Shown one piece after another: positions 1 to 9,656 of a stretch of 64,000 nucleotides of DNA. The DNA comes from an uncultured Planctomycetales bacterium (GTDB taxonomy: Bacteria; Omnitrophota; Gorgyraeia; Zapsychrales; GWA2-47-8). Under the pieces are notes generated by a model, which saw only the letters and a program-made list of their open reading frames with translations, did not search any database and was not told the origin of the DNA. The position numbers were made by a program, and so were the translations under genes. The stretch lies in NCBI GenBank assembly GCA_964359575.1, contig CAYHTV010000001.1:5547-69546 (forward strand). Direction: 5' to 3'. Positions within the stretch are counted from its first letter, which is position 1, and each line of letters starts with the position of its first letter.

Positions 1-17
1 GCGAGTTTTTATTATCT

Positions 18-96
18 GTGTCATTACGAGGAGCCGCAAGGCGACGAAGTAATCTTTTTTCTATTAAAGATTGCTTCGCTTCGCTCGCAATGACAC
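18..96. repeat. RPE/REP-like palindromic element (GTCATT(A/G)CGAG...CTCGCAATGAC family)
   Basis: Terminal GTGTCATTACGAG / CTCGCAATGACAC inverted repeat with an inner GAAGTAATCT...AGATTGCTTC stem; resembles the widespread 'gtcattgcgag' palindromes. Confidence 0.75.
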
Positions 97-129
97 GAAA
101 CTTGCACACGGCGTACAATAGCAATTATT

Positions 130-2361
130 ATGCTCAGTGATTATTTTTGGAAAAGGTTAAGTCATGCGGCCGGCCTTCTCTCAATCAGCGGGATTTGTGC
201 CGTCTTGATCTTGATGGCCAACGTTGAGATTAAGGATTTGGATCTTTGGCTGCATATGGCCATGGGGCGGTTTATTGTCGAGAATGGTTATGTGCCTCAG
301 GTAGACGTCCTCTCTTGCACGATAGCGGGAAAACCGTGGGTCAACCACGAATGGTTGTTTCAAGTGATCGCTTATGCCGCAAATCAATGGCGCGGTCCTG
401 AGGGGCTGATTCTTCTGCAGGTTATCATTGTTGTTCTGACTCTGATCCTTTTGCTCCTGCTCGCTTATAACAAAAACAATCAGCTTGCTACGATTGTTCC
501 GTTTTTTTTGGTCCTTTTTGTTTATCGCGACCGCTTTACGATCCGTCCGGACTTATTCAGTCTGTTTTTTTTAGCATTTTTTCTGTACATTTTGTTTTAC
601 CATATCCACCGGCGGTGGGCCTGGTTTGCTTTGTTCATCATGCAGATCGCGTGGGCGAATATCCACGGATTTTTTATCTTGGGGCCATTGGTTGTTTTGC
701 TTCTTATTGTTTCCCAATGGCTCAAAAGGCGCGCCCCACTTGTGTATCACTGGAATCAGGTTGACCGCCTCGAGGATCAGGAATACCGGTCATTAAAGAA
801 TATTTTTTGGGTTCTCATTGTTGCTTGCCTTTTGAACCCTATGGGGATTCAGGGGGCATGGTATCCGATTAAAATCCTTATCCAGCTCCCTCATGAATCC
901 AAAATATTTTTTGCCAAAATTTTAGAACTGCAAAGACCAATCAATTGGCATGTTCCCTGGGCGCTCACGCCTTACCCGCATTATAAAATTTTGATCATTA
1001 TCTCCTTTTTAAGCTTTGTCGTTAACCGGCGGAAGATTAATCTTGATTTACTTTTATTGTGGATATTTTTTTTGGTCTTTTCGCTTTCTGCCATTCGGAA
1101 TTTGGTGTATTTTTCCTTTATGGCCTATTTTGTCTTTTTTGTAAACTTTTCCAATTTTTCCGGGGAACACATCCCGCTGGTAAAGGCATTCAGCGTTAAA
1201 ATGCGGCACATGCTTTCTCTGGTGGTCAAGGTGATGATCATTTTCTATCTGGTCGATTTTGGAACGCGGCTTTCGTATAACGGATATTATGATTTTGACA
1301 CGTATCAGCGCAAGAGTGAATTTGGCGGGGTGTCGTTACGTAATTTTCCTTACCAGGCCGCGGATTTTTTAATAAAGAATGATATAAAAGGAAATTTTTT
1401 TAACGATTTCAACTCCGGGGCATATCTGGCGGGCCGGTGTTTTCCCAATATCAAGGTTTTTATCGATGGCCGGACGGAATTGTACGGCGCGGAATTTTTT
1501 CAAACTCACGATCAAGCCTGGAAAGGTGATAAACAACTGTTGGATGAGCTCATAGAGAGGTATAAAATTTCCGGCCTTTTTTTGAATTCGGCGATGGCCC
1601 CGATTCCGCAAAAATTGCTTTGGCACATTTCGAAAGATAAAAAATGGGAATTGGTCTACTTGGATTATGACGCGGTCATATTTTTGCGGGTGATCCCGCA
1701 AAACGCGGAGTTCATTAGAAAATATAAAATTGATTTAGCGCGCTGGAAAACGAAGAAAATGGATCTTAAGCGTCTAGGCCTGACCAATGTTAAGCCTTAC
1801 CAAAATGTGCACCGGGCCTATTCCTTGATAGCCATGGATTTTCATGATGCGGCGTTAAAAGAGGCTTACGCGGCCGTGAAAATTATGCCAAATTATGCCG
1901 AGCCCCATAAAATTATCGGCGGCATCTTTTTGAAAAAAGGGTTATCCAAAAAAGCCTTTGAGGCGCTGCGGGTGGCGAGAATCTTGGATCCGCGGAATCC
2001 GGAAGTCCGTTACCAATTGGCGCTTTTCTTTGAAGAGCAAAACGATTTCAAACAGGCTTTGGAGCAGTGCCAAATTGCCGTGGCTTATAAACCGGGATAT
2101 CCGAGCTCGCTTCTTGCGTTAGTTCGGATTCAGGCAAAACAGGGGCAGGATAAAGAAGCGGTGGAAACTTTGAAATCCATTAAAGGGATGAGCGCCTTTG
2201 AGTCGAGTGATTTATTGTCGGTGGGGGATGTTTTTTACAATAATAAGAAATACACCTTGGCTAAAGAGGCTTACGTCATGGGTTTGAGTTTTGATCCAGA
2301 GAATCAAAATTTTAAGCTCCGACTGGATGAATTAAATAAGATGGAAGATAAACATGAGTGA
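130..2361 (+). CDS. Multi-pass membrane protein (probable GT-C fold glycosyltransferase) with C-terminal TPR repeats
   Basis: About 11 hydrophobic segments, DLDLWLH-x-G and W-x-NHEWL motifs in the first loop, FIDGRTE-x-YG motif, TPR-like helical tail. Confidence 0.65.
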   Translation: MLSDYFWKRLSHAAGLLSISGICAVLILMANVEIKDLDLWLHMAMGRFIVENGYVPQVDVLSCTIAGKPWVNHEWLFQVIAYAANQWRGPEGLILLQVIIVVLTLILLLLLAYNKNNQLATIVPFFLVLFVYRDRFTIRPDLFSLFFLAFFLYILFYHIHRRWAWFALFIMQIAWANIHGFFILGPLVVLLLIVSQWLKRRAPLVYHWNQVDRLEDQEYRSLKNIFWVLIVACLLNPMGIQGAWYPIKILIQLPHESKIFFAKILELQRPINWHVPWALTPYPHYKILIIISFLSFVVNRRKINLDLLLLWIFFLVFSLSAIRNLVYFSFMAYFVFFVNFSNFSGEHIPLVKAFSVKMRHMLSLVVKVMIIFYLVDFGTRLSYNGYYDFDTYQRKSEFGGVSLRNFPYQAADFLIKNDIKGNFFNDFNSGAYLAGRCFPNIKVFIDGRTELYGAEFFQTHDQAWKGDKQLLDELIERYKISGLFLNSAMAPIPQKLLWHISKDKKWELVYLDYDAVIFLRVIPQNAEFIRKYKIDLARWKTKKMDLKRLGLTNVKPYQNVHRAYSLIAMDFHDAALKEAYAAVKIMPNYAEPHKIIGGIFLKKGLSKKAFEALRVARILDPRNPEVRYQLALFFEEQNDFKQALEQCQIAVAYKPGYPSSLLALVRIQAKQGQDKEAVETLKSIKGMSAFESSDLLSVGDVFYNNKKYTLAKEAYVMGLSFDPENQNFKLRLDELNKMEDKHE

Positions 2362-4666
2362 TATTTTTTGGCGAAGGGTAAGTTATTTTTGTGGGTTACT
2401 TTCAATAGGGATTTTATTTGGGATTATCGTTTTGATTGCCCATCTGGAAATCCGGGATTTGGATCTCTGGCTGCATTTGGGAATGGGGAAATTTATCGTA
2501 CAGCACGGTTATGTCCCGGATGTCGATATTTTGTCCTACATGGTGGAAGGAAAGCCGTGGATTAATCACGAATGGCTGTTCCAGATTTTCGTGTATTGGA
2601 TTCATAGCTTAAGAGGCGCGGAAGGGCTCATCCGCATGCAGGTCGTGGTGGTTTGGTCCACCATGGTTTTGTTATTGCTCTTGGGATATAACCGCGACAA
2701 ACAATTCATCGTCACCTTTTCTCTCTTATTAGTCCTTTTAATTTACATCACGCGTTTTACCATCCGGCCGGATATTTTTAGCCTGTTATTTTTTGTTCTC
2801 TATATTTATATTTTATCAATTCATATTGATAAACACTGGTCGCTGTTTGTCCTGTTTTTTGTCCAGGTTTTGTGGACCAATATGCATGGGTTTTTCTTTT
2901 TTGGTCCACTCTTTGTGCTGATTGCACTCAGCGCCGAATGGCTCAAGCGGCATGTGAAATTGCCTTACGAATGGAATAAAATCGGACGGTTAACCGACGC
3001 GGAGTACGCCCGGTTAAGGAGAATTTTGCTGGCCGTCATTTTGGCCTGTCTGATTAACCCCGTGACCTTTAAAGGCGCTTGGTACCCGATTGACGTTTTA
3101 CTTGAGCTTCCGGGTAAATCCAAGATATTCTTTGAATATATCCAAGAATTGCAAAAGCCCATCCTTAAAAGCAATGTTTTTTCGATTGAGAATTTGCCGT
3201 TTTATAAACTGATGATTGTCATTTCCATTTATAGTTTTCTTTTTAACCGGCGGAAAATCGATTTAGGGGCACTGCTTTTCTGGCTGATTTTTTTTGCTTT
3301 TTCTTTAGTGGCGGTGAGGAACTTAGTCTTTTTCGCGTTTGCTTCCTATCTCGTGATTGTCACCAACGCGCTCACAATCTCCATGAATGATATTGTACCG
3401 ATCCGTTTTACCCACAAAAGATTTCAATACATTACCGCGGCGCTGTTGAAGATTATCTTAGCGCTGTGGATGATCAATTTTAGCGTGATGATGCGCTCCG
3501 GCGGGTCGTTCGATTTTGATAAATTTGAGATAAAAAGCGATATGGAAGGCATTTCGCTTAAGAATTATCCGAATAAAGCCGTTGATTTTTTGGTGGATAA
3601 TAAGGTGCAGGGGAATATTTTAAATGATTTCAATTCCGGGGCCTATTTGGTTGGGCGATGCTATCCGGATATCAAGGTATTTATCGATGGCCGGACCGAA
3701 GTCTACGGGGCGGATTTTTTTAAAGGTATTTATCAACGGATTTGGCATCAGGGGGATATGGCCTTCTTTGAGCAGCTGGCCAGTGATCGCAATGTCACCA
3801 TCGTTTTGCTCAGCACAATCAATCAGGCAGCGCCAGAAAAAATCCTGGCACATTTTTATTCCAGAGAGGATTGGGTTCCCGTATATTTTAATTACGATGG
3901 GTTTATTTTTGTCAAAAAAGTTCCGGCTCATGAAAAACTCATTGAAAGATTTGCTATCGACTTAACGAAATGGCAGGCGCCTAAATTTGATTTGTATAAG
4001 TTGGGGGCCCGGCGGGTCTCGGCGTATCAATATACTCACCGCGCCTTTTCGTTGGAAACCTTAGGGCTGGAAGAGCCCGCTCTTGATGAAATAAATCAAG
4101 CGCTAAAGATTGATTCTGCGAGCTTCGAGGCGCATAAAATCTTAGGGAAAATTTATGGCAAGCGGGAAGATTTTCAAAAAGCCTTTGAGTATTTTCGGAT
4201 CGCCTCTTCCTTTGATCCAGGCAGCCGGCAGCTAAAGTTCAATCTGGCCCAGGCCTATTATGACTTAGGCGAATATGATTATGCGATTAAACACTATCAA
4301 TCTCTGGCTGAGTCGGATCGCAAAGATGCCAGAGCGCATTTTCTTTTAGCGCGGGCGTATGCGAAAAGCGGCCAATACGATAAGGCGCAGGAGGCGGCGG
4401 CCCGCGCCCATCAGCTGAGTCCCAGCAGCGCGAATGATTTGCTGATGATCGGGGATATCTTTTATGAGCAAAAGCAATTTACCGAGTCACAAAAAATTTA
4501 TCATCTGGTTTTGTCGATGAATAAGGAAACGGCAAAAGTCCGCAATAAGCTGGGATTGAGCTATAACGCCTTAGGAGATAAAGAGAAGGCGCAAGCGGAG
4601 TTTCAAGAGGGATTAAAAGTCGATCCAGAGAATGAGGAATTGAAAAAGAACGAAAAAGAATTATAA
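2354..4666 (+). CDS. Tandem paralog of the preceding GT-C-like membrane/TPR protein
   Basis: Same motifs (DLDLWLH, NHEWLFQ, RFTIRPD, NDFNSGAYL, FIDGRTE) and a longer TPR tail; overlaps the upstream stop. Confidence 0.65.
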   Translation: MSDIFWRRVSYFCGLLSIGILFGIIVLIAHLEIRDLDLWLHLGMGKFIVQHGYVPDVDILSYMVEGKPWINHEWLFQIFVYWIHSLRGAEGLIRMQVVVVWSTMVLLLLLGYNRDKQFIVTFSLLLVLLIYITRFTIRPDIFSLLFFVLYIYILSIHIDKHWSLFVLFFVQVLWTNMHGFFFFGPLFVLIALSAEWLKRHVKLPYEWNKIGRLTDAEYARLRRILLAVILACLINPVTFKGAWYPIDVLLELPGKSKIFFEYIQELQKPILKSNVFSIENLPFYKLMIVISIYSFLFNRRKIDLGALLFWLIFFAFSLVAVRNLVFFAFASYLVIVTNALTISMNDIVPIRFTHKRFQYITAALLKIILALWMINFSVMMRSGGSFDFDKFEIKSDMEGISLKNYPNKAVDFLVDNKVQGNILNDFNSGAYLVGRCYPDIKVFIDGRTEVYGADFFKGIYQRIWHQGDMAFFEQLASDRNVTIVLLSTINQAAPEKILAHFYSREDWVPVYFNYDGFIFVKKVPAHEKLIERFAIDLTKWQAPKFDLYKLGARRVSAYQYTHRAFSLETLGLEEPALDEINQALKIDSASFEAHKILGKIYGKREDFQKAFEYFRIASSFDPGSRQLKFNLAQAYYDLGEYDYAIKHYQSLAESDRKDARAHFLLARAYAKSGQYDKAQEAAARAHQLSPSSANDLLMIGDIFYEQKQFTESQKIYHLVLSMNKETAKVRNKLGLSYNALGDKEKAQAEFQEGLKVDPENEELKKNEKEL

Positions 4667-4750
4667 TTTATTTTGATTTTACATCTTTATTTGTTACAAT
4701 AAAAACATTGTTCAAAATAAAAGTCTTCAATACGAAATTTATCAAGATAA

Positions 4751-6340
4751 ATGAAAATCGCCCTTATTAACCCGCCCTATCTTATCATCTACAAAAAGTT
4801 GAATATTGAGCAGGATGCCTCTGTTCCCCTAGGACTTCTCTATGTCGCTGCTATGCTGGAAAGGCATGGCCATGAAGTCAAGGTTTTTGACTTTAATCTT
4901 CACGAAACCCTGCTTCCTGAAATGGCTGAGCAGATTGGCGAATTTCAGCCGCAGATGATCGGAATTACAGCGGTTACACCGACATTTAATTCGGCTCAGG
5001 AGATTGTGGCCAATTTCAAGCAAAGGTTTCCTCAAACCATTTTTGTTATGGGAGGCCCGCATTTAACTTCTTTACCTAAGCAGTCGCTTGAGCAAACACC
5101 AGCCGCCGATTTCGTCATCGCCGGTGAAGGGGAGTATGCCTTAACCGAGCTGGTTAAGGCCATCGAGGCTGGCCAGACCGATTTTTCTTCCATCAACGGG
5201 TTGACTTATCGGAAGGAAGGACAAGTGATTTCCAATCCGCGCGCCTCTATGATTGAGGATCTGGATCAATTGCCTTTTCCCGCGTATCATTTATTGCCGA
5301 TTACAGAATATGCCCCTTCGGTTGTCTTTCGTGTTGCTGAAAAAAGTACATTTATTATGTCCTCGCGGGGATGCGCGGCGTATTGCACGTTTTGCGCCAA
5401 TAACGTCACCGGCCGCCGGCTGCGCGATCACAGTATTGATTATTTTGTCGGCAAGATTAAATATTTACAAGAGACATATGGATTAAGACATTTTCATATT
5501 GTCGATGATAATTTTATGCATGATCAACAGCGCGTGATTGATATCTGCCAGCGCATCATTGACGAGAAATTAAAAATCACCTGGTTCATCTTTGCCCGGC
5601 CGGACCATTGTCAGAACCTGGAGACACTGAAAATGATGAAAAAAGCAGGATGCGTCTATTTGCAATTTGGGATCGAAAGCGGAAGCGAGCTCATTCTGCG
5701 GCAGATGGGAAAGAAAATTGAAAAGTCAGAATTATATCAGGCCTGTATGAACTGTAAAAAGGCAGGACTTGATTATTTTAATTCTTTTATGATCGGTAAT
5801 CCTAAAGAAACCGTTGAGACCGTGCGCGAGACGATTGATTTTGCAATCAAATTGGATGCGATTATGTCCGGCTTTAATATTTTGATTCCATACCCCGGAA
5901 CGGCTATATTCAAAAAATACTATGAGAAAGATTTTATGAATAACACAACGTGGGAAAAGTGGAACCATATCACCCATGAAGTGCCGATTGATTATCGCCA
6001 TACCAAGTTAACGAAAAAAGAGCTCGATGAGTTGCGTAAAGAATGTATCCGTCGTTATTATCTGCGCCCTCGGCACATACTGCGTTTGATTATGTTTTTT
6101 GGTGTTTCGCGTTTGCTATGGAAGTTTACCAGAAGTTCTTGGAAACATATTTTCTTTTTGTTCTCCGGATTCACGTTTAGTTCCACTAAAAAGAGAGTGC
6201 GCGATCTTGTTCGGCTCGAACCAGGACCTCTCGTGCGACCAGGTCTGAGTCAAGAGCCTGCCTTTGTAAAAACACAGGCTCGGAAAGTCTCCAGAATTTC
6301 AGATTTTATTGATTCCTTTCAAAGGGATAGTGTCGCCTAA
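4751..6340 (+). CDS. Cobalamin-binding (class B) radical SAM protein
   Basis: N-terminal PLGLLYVAA...GGPH...GEGE B12-binding domain; SRGCxxxCxxC; GIESGS. Confidence 0.9.
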   Translation: MKIALINPPYLIIYKKLNIEQDASVPLGLLYVAAMLERHGHEVKVFDFNLHETLLPEMAEQIGEFQPQMIGITAVTPTFNSAQEIVANFKQRFPQTIFVMGGPHLTSLPKQSLEQTPAADFVIAGEGEYALTELVKAIEAGQTDFSSINGLTYRKEGQVISNPRASMIEDLDQLPFPAYHLLPITEYAPSVVFRVAEKSTFIMSSRGCAAYCTFCANNVTGRRLRDHSIDYFVGKIKYLQETYGLRHFHIVDDNFMHDQQRVIDICQRIIDEKLKITWFIFARPDHCQNLETLKMMKKAGCVYLQFGIESGSELILRQMGKKIEKSELYQACMNCKKAGLDYFNSFMIGNPKETVETVRETIDFAIKLDAIMSGFNILIPYPGTAIFKKYYEKDFMNNTTWEKWNHITHEVPIDYRHTKLTKKELDELRKECIRRYYLRPRHILRLIMFFGVSRLLWKFTRSSWKHIFFLFSGFTFSSTKKRVRDLVRLEPGPLVRPGLSQEPAFVKTQARKVSRISDFIDSFQRDSVA

Positions 6341-6381
6341 TCAATAAAGCAAAAAATCCTATCATTAAGCCCGCCTTTTTT

Positions 6382-8589
6382 ATGTCGTCTAAAAGTTTAA
6401 CTTCTCACGAAAAACGTTCGCTGGAAATCATTTTTGTCGCAGGTGCCTTTGTTCTGTGGCTTTTTATTTTCCGTGGTTATTTTCTCTATCAGTTAGCCCT
6501 CGGTGGGACAGCGCCGGCTTACTACTACAGGATTAAATATTATTTAGATGGTCTTTGGAATGGTATCTATCCGATGTGGAATCCTTTTCAGTCATGGGGA
6601 TACCCGGATGTTTTGGATATGCGGGTTTTAGGTGAATTTAATCCTTTTCTCTATGTGATCTGGCTTCTCCAAGGAGTCACACAATCGTTTTATCAGGCCT
6701 ATCTCGTTTATTTGGCACTCTATTATTGGTTAGGATTATTAGGGTTTTATTTATTGGCCAAATCAGTTTTGAAAGAATGGCCGCTGGCCTTTGTGGCCTA
6801 TGTGATGGTTATGTTTTCTTCCTTAGGACCAGCGACTTTTACGGAAAACGTCATAAATTTAATTTTTGTGCCACTCGCTTGGTTTTTCTATTTTATGATT
6901 AATTTTTTTAAGCAAGGCGGGCAGCGATTTTTGCTGGGGATGACGCTCGCTTTAATGATTATTCTGACAACGTATTTCCCTTTCTTTTTTGTGACAGTTT
7001 TTGTGATTTTTGCTATCGCTTTTAGCATGATATTTTTCTCTTTGCTCAAGGAAATTTTTGATCGCGGCCTAAAGCAAATTTGGCAATACAAAAAAGTAAC
7101 CATTTTTTGCATCACGGCCGTGTGTCTATCATTAGGGCCTGATCTCCTGTGGTACCGCATGTCCCATGAGGGACAGTTTATGTTTGATTTTCGCCACACG
7201 GGATCTCCTTATCAGGATGTCCTCAGCATGGATCAGGATATGATTAATAACAGCGGCATAAGCGGGGTCGTCACGTGGCGGGGATTGTTTTCGGATTTAG
7301 ATGTTTTTGCCGGAACAGAGCCAATCTTTTTCTACATTCCCATTTTTATTTATCTTATTCTTTTGCTCTCCATTCTGAACCGTGTCAATCGGCTTTTAGC
7401 CCTGCTGGGCACTTTAGGTTTTTTTCTTTTTTTTATAACGTTAGCTGATGCGACACCGATCCATCGTTTTTTGTATGATCATGTTTATTTTTTTAAATTA
7501 TTTAGAAATTTATTTTTTTTGCTGTATTTGTCTATTCCAATTTATGTCCTCTTTGCGATGGAACAATTAAGAATATTTTTGAGTGCTGCACCATTAATAA
7601 AGCAGAAAAAGGGATATTTACTTGTTTTTGTTACTTTTATCCATAGTGTGTTTGCTTTATTTTTGTATCGTTTGGGAAATGTTATGGGGCCTTCGTATCT
7701 CGCTGTTTTTCTGAGCTGGATTAGTTTTGTGCTTTATGGAGCGGGTTTTTTGAAAAGTCGCTTTGTTCTGCTGACTCTTTTATTGAGCATGGCGATTTTA
7801 AGTCAAGGGATTGCGGTCAATTTTTATGTTTGTCGAAATGCAAAACCTTACTTGATACAGATGGACAGTCCGCGGGAGACCCCATCATTTTCGTTTATTC
7901 GGCCGGCTGCGGATCATGATCCTCTTATCCCTGAGGCGCGCGGATATGCCGCTCGACGTAAAGTCATGCGTGATTCTTCCGGGTTTGTCGACAGCGAGTA
8001 TGTGGGGGTGCGATGGTCGCATTTTCTTTTAAATCATGCCGATCGGGAAAAATTAGAAAAATACACACGCTATAAATTTGTGCTTTATGACCGCGTTGAA
8101 TTCTTAAATGACAAAAGCACTGAGGCCGTAGCGGTCAATAAAATTTTTAGCGAGGTTGATAAAACAGCGTATATTTTTGATTCTTTTGCATCATCGGAAA
8201 ATAAGCAGGCTGATCAGCCGCCGAAAGAAGCCCAGTTTATTACGGAAAACTCAGATCAGTTTAAAATTGTTGATTTTAATTTAAATGAACTACGATTGAA
8301 GACCAATTTTCCGGTCCGCCATTTTTTAGTATATAATGACAGCTTTCATAAAGATTGGGCCGCGTTCATCAATGGTCAAAAGGTCAAGGTGTGGCGGGCG
8401 AATTATGCCTTTAAAGGCGTCTGGCTTCCAGCTGGAGAAAATGTTGTTTATTTCCGATACGGCCAGACTTGGTTGTATGGATATTATCTTTTTTTAATTG
8501 CGTTTATGGTATTTTTTTTGGGACGAGTGATTTGGTCGTTTCAACGCAAAAATTTAGGTGCACAATGTTTTATTCTTCAAGAGAATTAG
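6382..8589 (+). CDS. YfhO-like multi-pass membrane protein (putative GT-C glycosyltransferase)
   Basis: P-x-WNP...G-x-P motif, many TM segments, C-terminal 'W-x-A-x-ING...RANYAFKGV-x-LPAGEN-x-V-x-F-x-Y' typical of YfhO tails. Confidence 0.7.
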   Translation: MSSKSLTSHEKRSLEIIFVAGAFVLWLFIFRGYFLYQLALGGTAPAYYYRIKYYLDGLWNGIYPMWNPFQSWGYPDVLDMRVLGEFNPFLYVIWLLQGVTQSFYQAYLVYLALYYWLGLLGFYLLAKSVLKEWPLAFVAYVMVMFSSLGPATFTENVINLIFVPLAWFFYFMINFFKQGGQRFLLGMTLALMIILTTYFPFFFVTVFVIFAIAFSMIFFSLLKEIFDRGLKQIWQYKKVTIFCITAVCLSLGPDLLWYRMSHEGQFMFDFRHTGSPYQDVLSMDQDMINNSGISGVVTWRGLFSDLDVFAGTEPIFFYIPIFIYLILLLSILNRVNRLLALLGTLGFFLFFITLADATPIHRFLYDHVYFFKLFRNLFFLLYLSIPIYVLFAMEQLRIFLSAAPLIKQKKGYLLVFVTFIHSVFALFLYRLGNVMGPSYLAVFLSWISFVLYGAGFLKSRFVLLTLLLSMAILSQGIAVNFYVCRNAKPYLIQMDSPRETPSFSFIRPAADHDPLIPEARGYAARRKVMRDSSGFVDSEYVGVRWSHFLLNHADREKLEKYTRYKFVLYDRVEFLNDKSTEAVAVNKIFSEVDKTAYIFDSFASSENKQADQPPKEAQFITENSDQFKIVDFNLNELRLKTNFPVRHFLVYNDSFHKDWAAFINGQKVKVWRANYAFKGVWLPAGENVVYFRYGQTWLYGYYLFLIAFMVFFLGRVIWSFQRKNLGAQCFILQEN

Positions 8590-9434
8590 GGAATTTTCTA
8601 GTCAATATTCTTAAGCTCTCTTTAGTGTCTTATGTGATAGGGATAAGTATTTTATGGATCAGCCTGGATTATCGGGTGGTTCATTCCAGACGGCTTGATT
8701 ATTTAAAAGGATCGGTTGATTATCCGGTTTTATATCTTGATAAAAAAGTTTCCTTGAATCGCCGGTATCTCAAGGAGGTGGTTCGTTATTACCATGAGTT
8801 GATCGCCTTCTTGCCCTATCTTAAAGGAGAAGGCGATCAAGCGATGCCTGCCGCGCGGGCCTATGAAATGCTGGGATTGTGCTATTATTTTTTAGAGGAT
8901 TATTCTAAGGCCAATCTATTTTATCAAAAGGCCTTAAAGAAAAAACCGGATTATATTTGGATGCATTATAATGTGGCGGTACTTTATTTTAAGGAAGCAC
9001 GCTATGATAAATCCTTAGAGGAGCTTTCTTTTATTGCCCTTGACCAAATAGATCAAATAAAAAGCAGCGCCCCAGATAAAATTTTTTCACAAAAGGATCA
9101 AAGCATAAAATTAGAATTTGAGCGGATCAAGAAAAGGGAATTAGGGAGTCTGCGGCTGAAGGTTATCAACTTAACCATTCTTAATCGTCGGGCGTTAAAC
9201 CAGTTTTCTGATGAAGAAGGAACACGGCAAGAAAAAATTCTAAAATTAATGGAGCAAAAAGGGGTTCTGGTTGAACCATGGCTGCATCCTTTGAACCGTT
9301 TTGTGCCAGTGGGACGCGAGCCAATTTTAACGGAAGCTAAGGCCACGGGCTTGCCCGTGGATTTAGCTGCAGTACTTGCCCGTGGTTTTATGCCACGGGC
9401 AAGTGGCGACCCGAAGGGTCGTCCCTTGACATAG
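8469..9434 (+). CDS. TPR-containing membrane-anchored protein (true start probably downstream of 8469; C-terminus encoded by palindromic repeat)
   Basis: AYEMLGLCYY...A..FYQKALK...HYNVAVLYF TPR motifs; single hydrophobic segment. Confidence 0.55.
   Translation: MVVWILSFFNCVYGIFFGTSDLVVSTQKFRCTMFYSSRELGNFLVNILKLSLVSYVIGISILWISLDYRVVHSRRLDYLKGSVDYPVLYLDKKVSLNRRYLKEVVRYYHELIAFLPYLKGEGDQAMPAARAYEMLGLCYYFLEDYSKANLFYQKALKKKPDYIWMHYNVAVLYFKEARYDKSLEELSFIALDQIDQIKSSAPDKIFSQKDQSIKLEFERIKKRELGSLRLKVINLTILNRRALNQFSDEEGTRQEKILKLMEQKGVLVEPWLHPLNRFVPVGREPILTEAKATGLPVDLAAVLARGFMPRASGDPKGRPLT
9339..9425. repeat. Cluster of REP-like hairpins (GCCACGGGCTTGCCCGTGG type)
   Basis: CCACGGGC-TT-GCCCGTGG, ACTTGCCCGTGG-N7-CCACGGGCAAGT and CGACCC-GAA-GGGTCG hairpins. 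Confidence 0.75.
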
Positions 9435-9446
9435 AAGTAGCGATAT

Positions 9447-9549
9447 TATTGACCTTTGTAGAACCAAAAGAATTGAGGTAGTCAATATTGGCCTTTGTCT
9501 CCTCAATGATAAATTAAAATTTTTTTCTTTAGTTGTACAAAGGCCCATA
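9447..9549 (+). mobile_element. 103-bp MITE-like element family A, copy 1
   Basis: Near-identical to six other copies; about 25-bp imperfect TIRs TATTGACCTTTGTAGAAC / GTTGTACAAAGGCCCATA. Confidence 0.9.
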
Positions 9550-9580
9550 AACGAAAATTGAAAAACTTCCAGTCTAAAGA

Positions 9581-9609
9581 TTGCAAAAGCAGATAACTGG
9601 TCGTATAAT
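9581..9609 (+). promoter_or_regulatory. sigma70-type promoter upstream of glgC
   Basis: TTGCAA-N17-TATAAT. Confidence 0.6.
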
Positions 9610-9656
9610 AATTGCCGTTTATAGCGGCTTAAGTCTGTCACAAAGAAGGATAAAAG

